Notes: generated by a model not told the origin, from the letters alone. A stretch of 40,104 nucleotides of DNA from Verrucomicrobia bacterium UBA2970 (GCA_002348345.1 DEAY01000329.1:1-40104); one strand, 5' to 3'; shown: positions 1 to 9,797, counted from the stretch's first letter. Program-made: numbers and translations.

Positions 1-1085
1 GATGGGTCGTCATCCTGGTCGGGTTGTTCTTCGCCAATGGTCCCTCACTTCAGGGTGCGGATGCCAAACCGGTGGTGGGGGAGCCGGTGACGCGAGGGCC
101 CCGCATCGAAACCCTTCGTTTGACCGGATCGGTCTTCTCGCGCCGGTATTCAAAGTTATCGGCCGAGGTTGAGGGGTTGGTGCGTCATTTAAGGGTGGAT
201 AAGGGTGATTTCATTGGTGAGGGGGAGGTGTTTTGCGAGATCGATCCGACGTTTGCCCGTCTCGATGCCGAGGAAGCCGATGCCCGGGTGGAGCGAAGCA
301 AAGCGGCCTTGGCCGAAGCGCGGCGCCAGTACGACGAGGGGATTGGACTCTCCCGGGAAAGGATCATCGCCGAGAGCGATTTGCAGGCATTGACCTCTCA
401 GTTGCGGCTAGCCGAGCTGGAGGTCAAGCGGACGTTGATCCTTCAACAGCGAAGTCGTGAAACGCTGGATCGGTATGAGCTCCGCGCGCCCTTCAGCGGC
501 ATGGTGGTCAGTAAACAGATCGAGGAAGGGGAGTGGGTCCCCCGGGGGGGCACGGCGGTGACCATGGTCGAGTTGGATCGTGTCTTCGCCGAGTTCCTGG
601 TTCCCCAGGCGTTCTATCACCGGCTTGAGCGCGATTTGGCTGTGACGATTCGATTTGAGGCCATTCCTCAACGCGAGTTTCATGGTCCTATCGGGAGTGT
701 GGTGGCCCTGGCGGGCGAATCCTCGCGGTCCTTTCCCGTGAGAATCGAGCTGGACAATCCTGAGCACCTCATAGCTCCAGGGATGTCGGCCCGAGGCCTT
801 TTCCCCCTTCACGCCGAGGGGGTGAAGGAGGCGGTCTTGGTGCCGGCGGATGCCGTCATCCGGTCGGTTGAGGGGAATGAGACGGTCTGGGTCGTCAACC
901 AGGGGAACGGAGCCGTAGCCACCGTGGAGGAACGATCGGTTCGGACGGGGGTCCGGCAAGGAAACCGAGTGGAGCTGGTGTCGGGAAGCCTGAGTCCAGG
1001 CGAGACCGTCGTGATTCGCGGGAACGAGCGGTTGGTCGCCGGCGATTCCGTTCGTGTGATGGATAGCGGGGACGAGAGGCGTTAG
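1..1085 (+). CDS. Efflux RND transporter periplasmic adaptor subunit (HlyD/MFP family), 5' end outside the window
   Basis: The frame is open from nt 3 (WVVILVGLFFANG..., a membrane anchor), so the true start is upstream and the ORF-track TTG at 24 is probably internal. MFP hallmarks: lipoyl-like 'VRHLRVDKGDFIGEGEVFCEID', a short coiled-coil hairpin (ARLDAEEADARVERSKAALAEARRQYDEG ... LRLAELEVKR), and 'YELRAPFSGMV'. The TAG stop at 1083-1085 lies 5 nt before the RND permease ATG. Confidence 0.85.
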   Translation, partial: WVVILVGLFFANGPSLQGADAKPVVGEPVTRGPRIETLRLTGSVFSRRYSKLSAEVEGLVRHLRVDKGDFIGEGEVFCEIDPTFARLDAEEADARVERSKAALAEARRQYDEGIGLSRERIIAESDLQALTSQLRLAELEVKRTLILQQRSRETLDRYELRAPFSGMVVSKQIEEGEWVPRGGTAVTMVELDRVFAEFLVPQAFYHRLERDLAVTIRFEAIPQREFHGPIGSVVALAGESSRSFPVRIELDNPEHLIAPGMSARGLFPLHAEGVKEAVLVPADAVIRSVEGNETVWVVNQGNGAVATVEERSVRTGVRQGNRVELVSGSLSPGETVVIRGNERLVAGDSVRVMDSGDERR

Positions 1086-1090
1086 AACCC

Positions 1091-4000
1091 ATGCTTCAAG
1101 CCATCATCCAACATGGTGTCAAGTCCGCGGTGGCCGTCCTCATCCTCTGTCTGGTTGGGTTGGTGGCGGTCTTCCGGGTGCCCATCCAAATGATTCCCAA
1201 CATGGATGTGACGACCATCTCGGTCGAAACCACCTGGTCCGGGGCCACCCCACGAGACATCGAACAGGAGATTCTTTTTGAACAAGAAAAATACTTGCGT
1301 TCGATTCCGGGTCTCCATCGAATGACTTCGACCGCAGGTTCGAGCCGGGCGGAAATCGAACTCGAATTCTTGCCGGGAATTGACGTGCAGGAAGTGTTGA
1401 TTCGGGTCAATAACGCCCTCGCACAGGTTCCCCGGTATCCCGAGAATGTCGACCAGCCTCGGATTGCCACCTCCTCCGCTTCGGAGAGTGCCTTTCTCTA
1501 TTACAGCATTCAACCGCTTCCGGGGAATCCCATGAACGTCGACATCATCATGGAGCGAGATTTTGTCGACAACCACATTCGGACGGCGATCGAACGGGTC
1601 CGGGGCGTTTCTCAGGTCCAGGTGAGCGGTGGGGCGCGGCGCCAGGTGAAGGTGTTCGTGGATCCGGCCAAGCTGGCGGAACGGCAGATCGGTGTGCTCC
1701 AATTAAGGGAGGCTTTGCGGCGGCGGAATGTGGATGTGTCGGGAGGAGACTTTGAGAGCGGCAAGCGCCGCTACATGTTGCGCACGGTGGGCCGCTTTGC
1801 TTCGGTGAGAGAGATCGAGGATACGGTGATCGCCAAGCGAGACGGGGTTTTGGTGTATTTGAAGGAGGTGGGGGAAGCCCGGTTGGATCATGCTGAAGTC
1901 GTTCGGGTATCGACCTTCAACGGGTCGCCCTCCATTTCGATAAGTATCAAGCGACAAATTGGTTCCAATGTCATCGAGGTGATGGACCGGGTCACGGAAA
2001 GGGTGGATCAATTGAATGCCGGGTTGCTGAAGGCTCGGGGAATGCGGATCACCTGGGCGAGCGACGACGTCATGTATGTTCGGGAGGCGATCGCCATCGT
2101 GAAAAAGAATTTTATCCTGGGAAGCCTGTTGGCAAGTGGCGTGTTGTTCCTGTTTCTACGCTCGCTCTCAACAACTTTCCTGGGCGGATTAGGCATCCCC
2201 ATTTGCACGATCGCCTCGTTCCTGGGGTTACTCGTCACCGGAAGAACCATCAATGTGATTTCTCTGGCGGGCGTGGCGTTTGCCATCGGGATGACGCTTG
2301 ATAATTCGATTGTCGTGATGGAGAACATTTACCGGCATCGACGAATGGGGAAGGGGCTTTTCGAATCGGCTTTTGATGGCGTGAGTGAAGTCTGGACGGC
2401 CGTATTGGCGTCGACGCTGACTACCGTGTTTGTTTTTGTTCCGATCATTTTCGTCCGTGAAGAGGCGGGTCAGCTCTACTCCGATATCGCGGTGGCGATT
2501 TCGGCATCGATCTTGATGTCCATGCTCGTGGCGATCACGGTGGTTCCCTGTGCGGCGGCCCGCTGGATGAAGGTCCGGGACGGCTCGGATTCTCCTGATG
2601 CGTTAGCCCGGTTTGGAGCCGGAGTCAGGGAGGGGTTGATCGGCTTGGTCGCATGGATCCTTGCCCGTGTTTCGCGGCGGCTGACCGCGATCGGGATGGT
2701 GCTACTGAGCAGCCTGGGCATTCTCTGGTTCCTGACTCCCAAATCCGAGTATCTGCCTGAAGGGGAGGAGGCCAAGGTGTTCACCATCATGTCTCCCCCG
2801 GCGGGCTACAGCTTGGCCGAGATGGAGGTGATCGCGAGAGAGGTGGACGAGTTCCTGGTGCCTCATCTCGGGACGGATCCGACCCGCTTCGACGCCGGTG
2901 AGACCGAAGTGCCGGCACTGAAGACGATTATCAACTTTTGTCGGCCGACTTCGCTCATGACGATCGTCACGACGAAAGATCCCAAACAAATCGACGAGTA
3001 TCTTGAGATCATCGACACCCGGTTCGGGCAAGTTCCTGGGGTGACGAGCTTTTCCTCTCGTGGGTCGATCTTTTCGGGTAACTTTGGAGGCACTCGAAGT
3101 ATTGATCTGGATATTTCGGGCCCGAATCTGGCGACGATTTACGCGGTGGCTCGCGAGGCCTTTGACCAGGCCAATGAGATCTTTGTCTCCCCCCAGGTGC
3201 GGGCGCAGCCCGGTCTGGCTTTGGGCCAACCCGTGCTCGAGGTTCGGCCCGATTGGGTTCGGGCCGAGGAGTTTGGGGTCAGTGCTCGCGAACTGGGGTA
3301 TTTGGTGGCCGCCTTTTCCGACGGTGCCTACTTGGACGAGTTTTTCCTGGAGGATGAGAAGATTGATATGTTTCTGCACAGCCTCCAATCCGCCCGTCGG
3401 GACCGGGTGGGGTTGGATGATCTGGAGGTCTATTCTCCCTCCGGGGGGGTTTTGCCGTTGCGCGCGCTCGCGACGGTGCGGGAGACCATCAAGACGGACG
3501 TGATCCAACGGGTTGATAGCCGGAGGACGGTGACCTTATCGATTGTGCCGCCCCGTGACGTGCCTCTTGAGGCGGCGGTGGAGCGCGTGGAGGCCGAGTT
3601 GATCCGGGGAATGCGTGATCGGGGCGAACTTCCGGCCGAGGTCCAGATCCGAATTGCGGGGGCGAGCGACAAGTTGAAGGCCACCCGGGAAGCTCTGGGG
3701 GGAAACTTTCTTTTGGCGGTGGTGATTTCTTACCTGCTGATGGTGGCGATTTTCTCTCATTGGGGTTTGCCATTGATCATCATGTTGTCCGTACCCCTGG
3801 GCGCGAGTGGTGGGGTGATTGGCCTCTGGCTGATCAATCATTGGCATGTGTTGTTTGGACTCATGGGCGCGCAGCCCATCAATCAGCCCCTGGACATGAT
3901 TACGATGCTCGGTTTTCTGGTGCTCATCGGGACGGTTGTTAATAATCCGATTCTGATCGTGGACCAAGCCGTCCGCCGTTTTCGGGAGGGAGGGGTGGCC

Positions 4001-4249
4001 GTTTCCCAAGCGATCATTGAAACGACACGGACCCGGTTGCGGCCGATCATGATGTCGACCATCACGACGGTCTTCGGTCTGTGCCCCCTCGTGTTTCTTC
4101 CCGGGGCGGGAACGGAACTGTATCGCGGTCTGGGAGCGATCGTTCTGTTTGGGTTGATGTTTTCCACCTTGGTCACCCTCATTTTCGTTCCCGCCGTGCT
4201 TTCGCTTTTCATGGAATGGCGGTTTTGTACGGCATCTGATCGACGCTAA
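1091..4249 (+). CDS. Efflux RND transporter permease subunit (AcrB/AcrD/AcrF-like)
   Basis: The 1052-aa ORF has hydrophobic blocks alternating with two large soluble loops, as in 12-TM RND pumps. The N-terminus is 'AVAVLILCLVGLVAVFRVPIQMIPNMD'. The TM4 motif is 'AIGMTLDNSIVVMENIYRH', with the second-half counterpart 'LIGTVVNNPILIVDQA'. It sits immediately downstream of the adaptor gene. Confidence 0.95.
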   Translation: MLQAIIQHGVKSAVAVLILCLVGLVAVFRVPIQMIPNMDVTTISVETTWSGATPRDIEQEILFEQEKYLRSIPGLHRMTSTAGSSRAEIELEFLPGIDVQEVLIRVNNALAQVPRYPENVDQPRIATSSASESAFLYYSIQPLPGNPMNVDIIMERDFVDNHIRTAIERVRGVSQVQVSGGARRQVKVFVDPAKLAERQIGVLQLREALRRRNVDVSGGDFESGKRRYMLRTVGRFASVREIEDTVIAKRDGVLVYLKEVGEARLDHAEVVRVSTFNGSPSISISIKRQIGSNVIEVMDRVTERVDQLNAGLLKARGMRITWASDDVMYVREAIAIVKKNFILGSLLASGVLFLFLRSLSTTFLGGLGIPICTIASFLGLLVTGRTINVISLAGVAFAIGMTLDNSIVVMENIYRHRRMGKGLFESAFDGVSEVWTAVLASTLTTVFVFVPIIFVREEAGQLYSDIAVAISASILMSMLVAITVVPCAAARWMKVRDGSDSPDALARFGAGVREGLIGLVAWILARVSRRLTAIGMVLLSSLGILWFLTPKSEYLPEGEEAKVFTIMSPPAGYSLAEMEVIAREVDEFLVPHLGTDPTRFDAGETEVPALKTIINFCRPTSLMTIVTTKDPKQIDEYLEIIDTRFGQVPGVTSFSSRGSIFSGNFGGTRSIDLDISGPNLATIYAVAREAFDQANEIFVSPQVRAQPGLALGQPVLEVRPDWVRAEEFGVSARELGYLVAAFSDGAYLDEFFLEDEKIDMFLHSLQSARRDRVGLDDLEVYSPSGGVLPLRALATVRETIKTDVIQRVDSRRTVTLSIVPPRDVPLEAAVERVEAELIRGMRDRGELPAEVQIRIAGASDKLKATREALGGNFLLAVVISYLLMVAIFSHWGLPLIIMLSVPLGASGGVIGLWLINHWHVLFGLMGAQPINQPLDMITMLGFLVLIGTVVNNPILIVDQAVRRFREGGVAVSQAIIETTRTRLRPIMMSTITTVFGLCPLVFLPGAGTELYRGLGAIVLFGLMFSTLVTLIFVPAVLSLFMEWRFCTASDRR

Positions 4250-4340
4250 GCATAGAGGATAAAGGATATGGGTGGGCGGAGGGGGGTCGGGCCGCCAAGG
4301 TTGAAATTCCGAAACAAGGGAGACATTTCGGCCCCAGAGC

Positions 4341-4384
4341 CCGGCCAACCCTCCTTTCCCGCCGCGTTGGGCGAGGGTTGCCGG
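4341..4384. terminator. Imperfect GC-rich hairpin in a convergent intergenic spacer (possible bidirectional terminator; weak call)
   Basis: ccggccaaccctc (4341-4353) pairs with gagggttgccgg (4373-4384), with one bulged C and a 19-nt loop. It lies between the convergent stops at 4249 and 4411. There is no U-tract on either strand, so terminator function is a guess. Confidence 0.2.
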
Positions 4385-4410
4385 ATGCGAGGTTGGAGGG
4401 GAAACGGCGC

Positions 4411-7400
4411 TTACCAGGAGACTCGAACCGGGATGCCGTTCCGTTGGCCCGGATCAACCAGGATCTCCAGGACATGTGGGCCCGGTGAAACCTCGAGTCT
4501 TGAGTTCCCTTCGAACCCTTCCACCTGTTGGTCGATGTAGACCTTCAATCCGCGTGGGTCGTTCACATGCAAGGTCTCGGTGTCGTCGGGATTGAGCTTT
4601 GTTTTGATCCAAAAAGGCCCGCTTGATCCGATCAGGCTGGCAATGTCCTCGATGGAAACCTCTCCCGATACCCGACTGGGAAAGGGGATCCATTCGCGTT
4701 CCTGGGAACGGGATTCGTTCGAGCTCGTCTGCCAGTCTCGAATGACATCGCGGTCGCGGGTAGAAAAGTCGCCAGGAGACCCGAGTTCGGAGAGGAAGCG
4801 GATCAGGTCTCTGAGCTGAGGTCGTGTGAGAAGAGAAACCGCGGTCGGCGGCATGATGGATCCGATGGTTTCTCGCGATTCGATGGTGTCCTTGGCAATC
4901 TGAATTCGTTTCTGGCTACCAAATTCCTCCAATACGACAAAGTCCTTGAGCCCCCGTTCTTGACGGGGATAGCCCTGGATTACCTGACCTTTCCGCAGCG
5001 TCAGTTGCGTCAAGGCGTAGCCCTCTTTGACGTGGCGCGTCGGCCAGACAACCTCCTCGATCAACCGTCGAATCGGAATGCCCGTGCCCGTCGCGCTCAA
5101 GTCGGGGCCGAGCTCGGCTCCAACCCCGGCAATCCGGTGGCAGGCATAGCAGTTGGCAGCGGATGATCGAAAGACCGCCTCGCCTGCGTGGGGGTCTCCT
5201 TTTTGTTTCACCGATTGGACGATGGCGTCGATATAGGCTTCACTAAACTCCGGGGGCTCCATGAAGCTTCCCGATTGATCTCGCAAGACCTCGGTCAGTT
5301 GGGGATCGGAATAGCCCTGGGTCACCAGCGTGTTGAGAAGGTTCTGGGCCTGGCCGGTATCGAGGACATGTTCCCTCAGGGCGGTCGCCAAGGCGTGACT
5401 TCCCCCTTTATGGTGGATGAAGGCACGGAGGAGGGGCGCATGGTGGGATTGGAAGCGACTCGACTTGAGCAAGGCGATTGCATGATCGGACGCTTGACGG
5501 GGTTTGAGGGAAACCATGGCCGATATCGCAGCGACCTGTATGGAGGCAAGGTCCGTGGATTGCGCGAGCCGGACCAGGGTCTTGAGCGCGTCCTTGCCGC
5601 CAAGAGTCGGAAGGGATGAAATGGCCGCCTTTTGCAGCCGTGGCTGAGAAGAGGAGGATTGGGCAATCGACCGAAGGAGAGGGAAGAGCTCACTGACCTG
5701 CCAGTGGATTGCGAGACGGATGGCGGCCAGTTGAAGAGCGGTTGAGGGACGTTCGAGCATGGGCTCAAGCAGGCTGGCAATCTCGCCCGGGGGGCGCGGA
5801 CGGTTGGCGCCGACGATGCTTTGAAGGACCTCTGCTTGGAGTGAGTGCGCCGCCGGGGTTCTGTCGCCGTATGGATTCGGAGTGATCAGGTCGAGGAGAT
5901 CGGCATCATCGCCGACCGCCGCCAAAATGTGGCAGACCGTAGCGTGAGTCCCGGCGTTTGGGTTCGAGTGCGTCAAGAGCGGGCGAACCACCTTCGCCAA
6001 ATCCTTGGAATGCGATGCACGGAGGATTCGCAAGAGATCCGTGGGTCCCTCCGGAAACGTGAGGGAGCCTTTGGCGAGGGCGGGAATCCACTGGGGCTCC
6101 AGATAACGAACCGTTTGGGTGAAGGCATAGTCAATCCAGGGATCGCTTGGGTGGCGCATTGCCCGGGCTGCCGCTTGAACGGCGGTCGGGGTCCCCAGAT
6201 TCGCGCAACCGAGAATCGCCTCCATCCGGACCAGCGGATCGGGGTCCTCGACCAACTGGGACAGAAGCGCTTGAGCGACGTCAAGACGATCCCCCCAACG
6301 GCCGAGCGTGCGAGCGGCATAGGCTCGGACCCGGGGCTCCGGGGATTCAAGACAGGTCCGAACGGCGGGTTCGGAGACGGCCTCGATCGATTGATACATC
6401 ATCAGGGCTTGGAGCCTGGCGAAGGAGGCCTCCGGGTCCTTCCCGTCGACTTTTTGTGACCAACGGTCGAGCGCCTCGATGACGCTCTTTCGATCGCGGG
6501 TGACGAGTTCCCGTTTGGATTGCTCACGTTGCCAGCGGTTCCTCGATCCGAGCGAGTCAGTCAGCTCCTCGATCGACTGCTCGGCGAGAACAGGGACGGG
6601 GCGTGAATCGCCGCGATAGGTGATCCGCCAGATGCGACCATGGCCCTTGTCCCGAGCGGTGTGTCGGTAGGAATCGTCCTGATGACAGATGACCGTGTTG
6701 AACCAATCACAGACGTAAATCGCGCCGTCGGGGCCGACCTTCACGTCAACGGGCCGAAAGTACTCGTCCTTTGACACGATCAGCGGGTCCCGCCAGAGGA
6801 CGTCGAAACTGGCACCGTCGCGTTGTAAGGCAAATCGACTCACGGCGTTGGGTTTGTAGTCGCCGATCAGGAAATCACCCTGCATGGACTCCGGAAGGGT
6901 GGGGGCGCCAATGACATCAATGCCGGAGTAGCCTCCGGGACGTCCAATCGTGGGAAGGCGGAGGCGGTGAGGGGTTGCCAGCAGAGCGGGGCTGAGATGA
7001 GTGATGCCGCCCGCTCCGTCGATGACGATGGGTTGGCCCCAATCGTCAAAAGCGATGCCCCACGGATTTCCGGGTCCCATGAAATCATCGAGCAACCCCT
7101 CGAGTCGGTAGCGATCGGGTTGAAGCCGGTAAACGCCGGCTTGAAAGAGTCGAGAGACTCCCCAGGGCGTTTCCACCCGGGATTCGATGCCATCTCCCTG
7201 ACACCAGTAAAGTTGGCCGCCCGGGCTCCAGACGAATGAATTTGAGGTTTGGTGGGTGTCCCCATTGCCGAAGCCACTCAAAACCGTCTCGCGTTGATCG
7301 GCCTGGTCGTCGCCGTCGGTGTCACGAAGAAGGAGAAGCTGCGTGCCTTGACCGACGTAGACCCCATCAGGGGCGATTTCGATCCCCGTCGGGATATTGA

Positions 7401-8637
7401 GTCCATCGGCGAAGACCCGATGGAAATCGGCTTTTCCATCGCCGTTGGTATCTTTCAGAACGATGATCCGGTCATTTGGGATCTCCCCGGGTTCGTGTTG
7501 CGGATAGGCGATGGTGCAGGCGACATAGAGCTTGCCCTCGGGATCCCAGCGAAGGGCCAGGGGGTTGATTAGGCCTTCGGTTTCCGAGGCAAAAAGATTG
7601 ACCTCGAAGCCTTTGAGCAGACGGAAATCCCCCAGCGCAGCTTCCGCTGGCCTTGTTGGAGATCGAGGTTCCGACCAACCCTGAATCCCGGGTTTGAGTT
7701 GAGCGACCTGGTCGGGCGAGGTCCCTCTCAGAAGGTCTTGAATTCGGTTTTCCGCTTGATTGATCAAGGCAGGGTAGCGGGCCCATTCCTCTCGAAAGGT
7801 CGGGTAGATCCCCGCTGCCTCACCAAAGATTCTTTCCCCATCGTCTCCAAACAAACACTTCCAATTGGCGGGGCGCCAATACTCATACCAGAGCCGGTGT
7901 TTCTCGACCACTGCGGTTCGCAGTTCGGGATCGACCGATTGATTGGAATCGGGGAGACCGGCGGCACGAAGGAATAAATCACAAAAGCCTTCTTGTCGGG
8001 ACGGCGAAAGGTGCAGGCCATTATCGGTCCATCGCTTCCCCTGTCGAATGGCTCTACGGGTTGGCTCAAAGAGATTGATAAAGCCGAGCTTGTGACGCGC
8101 TGCCAGTTTTCGAATCACCTTCACATAGCGGGCGAGCGTTTGGTTGGCATCGGTTAAATTGGGTTGATGAGATCCTGCGGTGGGCTCAAAGGCGATTGGG
8201 GTCAGCAATGTGATCCGGTCCACGCTTGCCTGCCATTGCTTGATGAGGGTTTCGTAGTGCTCCTCGAACGAATCGAGCTGGCCGGGTCCGGCCAGAGACT
8301 CCATTTTTCCGAACTGGGCCCAGACGACGGTGGCGCCGATGTGTGAGAGCTGTTGGGGCCAGTCGCCATACCTTTCCTCCCGCCATCGTTCGTGGATGGT
8401 CGTTTGCACCTCGACGGTGTCCCCTTCCCAAGTCAGATCTCGAAACCTCAGATTCGCATCGGCATGAGATTTTGAAAGGAAGGTCTCAAGGAATCCCGCT
8501 CGTTGGACGCGCAGCAGGTTTTCTCCCCCCAGGAACGCAACCACGTCGTTCGGGCGCAAATCGATCGGGCTGGTTTGGGCGGATGCGGCCTGGAGAACAC
8601 CTAAGAGGGTGAGGAGCTGGAATGTTCGCGCTTTCAT
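4411..8637 (-). CDS. Secreted multidomain protein: SGNH-like domain + Pirellula/Verrucomicrobium-type 'membrane-bound dehydrogenase' beta-propeller + HEAT repeats + CxxCH heme-binding domain + C-terminal extra domain
   Basis: Signal peptide MKARTFQLLTLLGVLQAASAQT. SGNH-like blocks (VAFLGGENL ... TDNGLHLSP). Propeller-type motifs 'KLYVACTIAYPQHEPGE', 'LKDTNGDGKADFH', 'LRDTDGDDQAD', 'GPDGAIYVCDWFN'. HEAT-like 'EPRVRAYAARTLGRWGD' and 'DPDPLVRMEAILGCANLG'. Heme motif 'ANCYACHRIAGVGAELGPDLS'. The ATG overlaps the upstream gene's stop (ATGA at 8634-8637). Confidence 0.85.
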   Translation of the reverse strand: MKARTFQLLTLLGVLQAASAQTSPIDLRPNDVVAFLGGENLLRVQRAGFLETFLSKSHADANLRFRDLTWEGDTVEVQTTIHERWREERYGDWPQQLSHIGATVVWAQFGKMESLAGPGQLDSFEEHYETLIKQWQASVDRITLLTPIAFEPTAGSHQPNLTDANQTLARYVKVIRKLAARHKLGFINLFEPTRRAIRQGKRWTDNGLHLSPSRQEGFCDLFLRAAGLPDSNQSVDPELRTAVVEKHRLWYEYWRPANWKCLFGDDGERIFGEAAGIYPTFREEWARYPALINQAENRIQDLLRGTSPDQVAQLKPGIQGWSEPRSPTRPAEAALGDFRLLKGFEVNLFASETEGLINPLALRWDPEGKLYVACTIAYPQHEPGEIPNDRIIVLKDTNGDGKADFHRVFADGLNIPTGIEIAPDGVYVGQGTQLLLLRDTDGDDQADQRETVLSGFGNGDTHQTSNSFVWSPGGQLYWCQGDGIESRVETPWGVSRLFQAGVYRLQPDRYRLEGLLDDFMGPGNPWGIAFDDWGQPIVIDGAGGITHLSPALLATPHRLRLPTIGRPGGYSGIDVIGAPTLPESMQGDFLIGDYKPNAVSRFALQRDGASFDVLWRDPLIVSKDEYFRPVDVKVGPDGAIYVCDWFNTVICHQDDSYRHTARDKGHGRIWRITYRGDSRPVPVLAEQSIEELTDSLGSRNRWQREQSKRELVTRDRKSVIEALDRWSQKVDGKDPEASFARLQALMMYQSIEAVSEPAVRTCLESPEPRVRAYAARTLGRWGDRLDVAQALLSQLVEDPDPLVRMEAILGCANLGTPTAVQAAARAMRHPSDPWIDYAFTQTVRYLEPQWIPALAKGSLTFPEGPTDLLRILRASHSKDLAKVVRPLLTHSNPNAGTHATVCHILAAVGDDADLLDLITPNPYGDRTPAAHSLQAEVLQSIVGANRPRPPGEIASLLEPMLERPSTALQLAAIRLAIHWQVSELFPLLRSIAQSSSSQPRLQKAAISSLPTLGGKDALKTLVRLAQSTDLASIQVAAISAMVSLKPRQASDHAIALLKSSRFQSHHAPLLRAFIHHKGGSHALATALREHVLDTGQAQNLLNTLVTQGYSDPQLTEVLRDQSGSFMEPPEFSEAYIDAIVQSVKQKGDPHAGEAVFRSSAANCYACHRIAGVGAELGPDLSATGTGIPIRRLIEEVVWPTRHVKEGYALTQLTLRKGQVIQGYPRQERGLKDFVVLEEFGSQKRIQIAKDTIESRETIGSIMPPTAVSLLTRPQLRDLIRFLSELGSPGDFSTRDRDVIRDWQTSSNESRSQEREWIPFPSRVSGEVSIEDIASLIGSSGPFWIKTKLNPDDTETLHVNDPRGLKVYIDQQVEGFEGNSRLEVSPGPHVLEILVDPGQRNGIPVRVSW

Positions 8638-9797
8638 GAATCGATCCTTGCAGGCTCGAGGGGTTCGGCACCGTTGACCTCATCGAGGCGGATCCATTGG
8701 CCGAGTCGGGCCGATTGTTCAACGGCATCGGTGAAAACTTGGATCCGCCAACCGTCCTCGAGATTGGGGTGGTCTTGAGGAAGGTTGGAATCAAGGGTCC
8801 TGTAAAAGGCGGGAAACACATGTTTCTTGAAGCGGTTTCCAAAGCCTTGGTCGGGGTGGTGAGCGATGACCTCGGTGCTCCCATCGGGTTTTGCGAGCGT
8901 GAGGGTTCCCGTCAAACGATCGATCCCCAGGGAGGCGTCGGTGCCATGGAATTCGAGCTCGGGTGAGAATCCCTTGCGAAGGAAGGTGGCGTGGGAGACG
9001 AGGAGAGAACCGACGGCACCTGAAGGAAATTCCCATGCCGCGCAGGCGTAGTCGGGCGTCCCGCCCCGCTTGGTTTGGACATCCTCAAGCTGGTGGGATT
9101 GGCCCCAGGCCAGCGCCTCTGCCAGATTGACTCCTCCCAGATCGGCCTTTGCCGGGGTGATGGTGTCGGCGTGGGCGAGGACTCTGATGGCCTCTTCACC
9201 GAGGATCCAGCGGACCATGTCATAGGCGTGTGATCCGACGTCGGCGATGCTGCCTGCGGCGGAGAGAGTCGGGTCATCCCGCCACGTAAAGGGCATGGAA
9301 GCGGGGCGAGGGTTGTACCAACGATAGATGATGACTTTGATCTGTCCCAGGGTTCCGCGTTGAACCAGTTTTCGTGCCTCGGAGAAGACCTCGACATAGC
9401 GGGTCCAGAATGGCACATAGGTCGCCAGGGACGGGCGTTGGGCATAGGCCGCCACCATGGCTCGAGCCTCGAGGGCATTGACGCCCACGGGTTTTTCGCA
9501 GAACAGGTGCTTTTTTGCTTTGGCACATGCTAATACGGCGTCGTGATGGAGGGCGTCGGGTGTGGCCACGATGACATAATTGACATCGGGATGGTGGATC
9601 ACCTCCCGCCAATCCGAGGTGGCCAGCTGCGCTCCGTCTTCGGCCGCCGCAGCGGCAAGGAGATCGGCTCTCCGGGCGCAGACGGCAACGATCTTTGCTT
9701 GTTTGGACTCCCGTATTTCTTGGCGGTAGGGCGTGCCGATATAACCGGTTGCTCCGATGATGCCAATACGAAGAGCCTGGCTTTCTAAATCTGACAT
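8634..9797 (-). CDS. Gfo/Idh/MocA family NAD(P)-dependent oxidoreductase
   Basis: The ORF-track start (9908) is trimmed to the ATG at 9795-9797, giving MSDLESQALRIGIIGATGYIGTPY with a Rossmann GxGxxG loop right at the N-terminus. The 'HLFCEKPVG' EKP motif and a typical C-terminal alpha/beta domain are present. There is a 4-nt ATGA overlap with the downstream giant gene. Confidence 0.9.
   Translation of the reverse strand: MSDLESQALRIGIIGATGYIGTPYRQEIRESKQAKIVAVCARRADLLAAAAAEDGAQLATSDWREVIHHPDVNYVIVATPDALHHDAVLACAKAKKHLFCEKPVGVNALEARAMVAAYAQRPSLATYVPFWTRYVEVFSEARKLVQRGTLGQIKVIIYRWYNPRPASMPFTWRDDPTLSAAGSIADVGSHAYDMVRWILGEEAIRVLAHADTITPAKADLGGVNLAEALAWGQSHQLEDVQTKRGGTPDYACAAWEFPSGAVGSLLVSHATFLRKGFSPELEFHGTDASLGIDRLTGTLTLAKPDGSTEVIAHHPDQGFGNRFKKHVFPAFYRTLDSNLPQDHPNLEDGWRIQVFTDAVEQSARLGQWIRLDEVNGAEPLEPARIDS

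Noticed and set aside
2702-3508. A 268-aa ORF antisense to the RND permease. The same applies to 408-959, 1082-1702, 2008-2328 and 3536-4348.
   Set aside because: These lie entirely inside strongly recognisable genes on the opposite strand. Their translations are Arg/Pro/Gly/His-rich and low-complexity, with no motifs. They are typical shadow ORFs of GC-rich DNA.
1091-4249. The idea that the RND pump is a CzcA-type heavy-metal exporter functionally linked to the His-rich lipoprotein at 16733-17149.
   Set aside because: The TM4 motif 'AIGMTLDNSIVVMEN' resembles the AcrB-type pattern more than the CzcA-type 'DFG..VDGA.V..EN' (both recalled from memory). The genes are 12 kb apart in unrelated operons.
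5845-6459. ORFs of 204 aa and smaller antisense to the 1408-aa gene (also 5188-5619, 6147-6482, 7249-7572).
   Set aside because: These are shadow ORFs within a well-supported multidomain gene, with no start context or recognisable domains.
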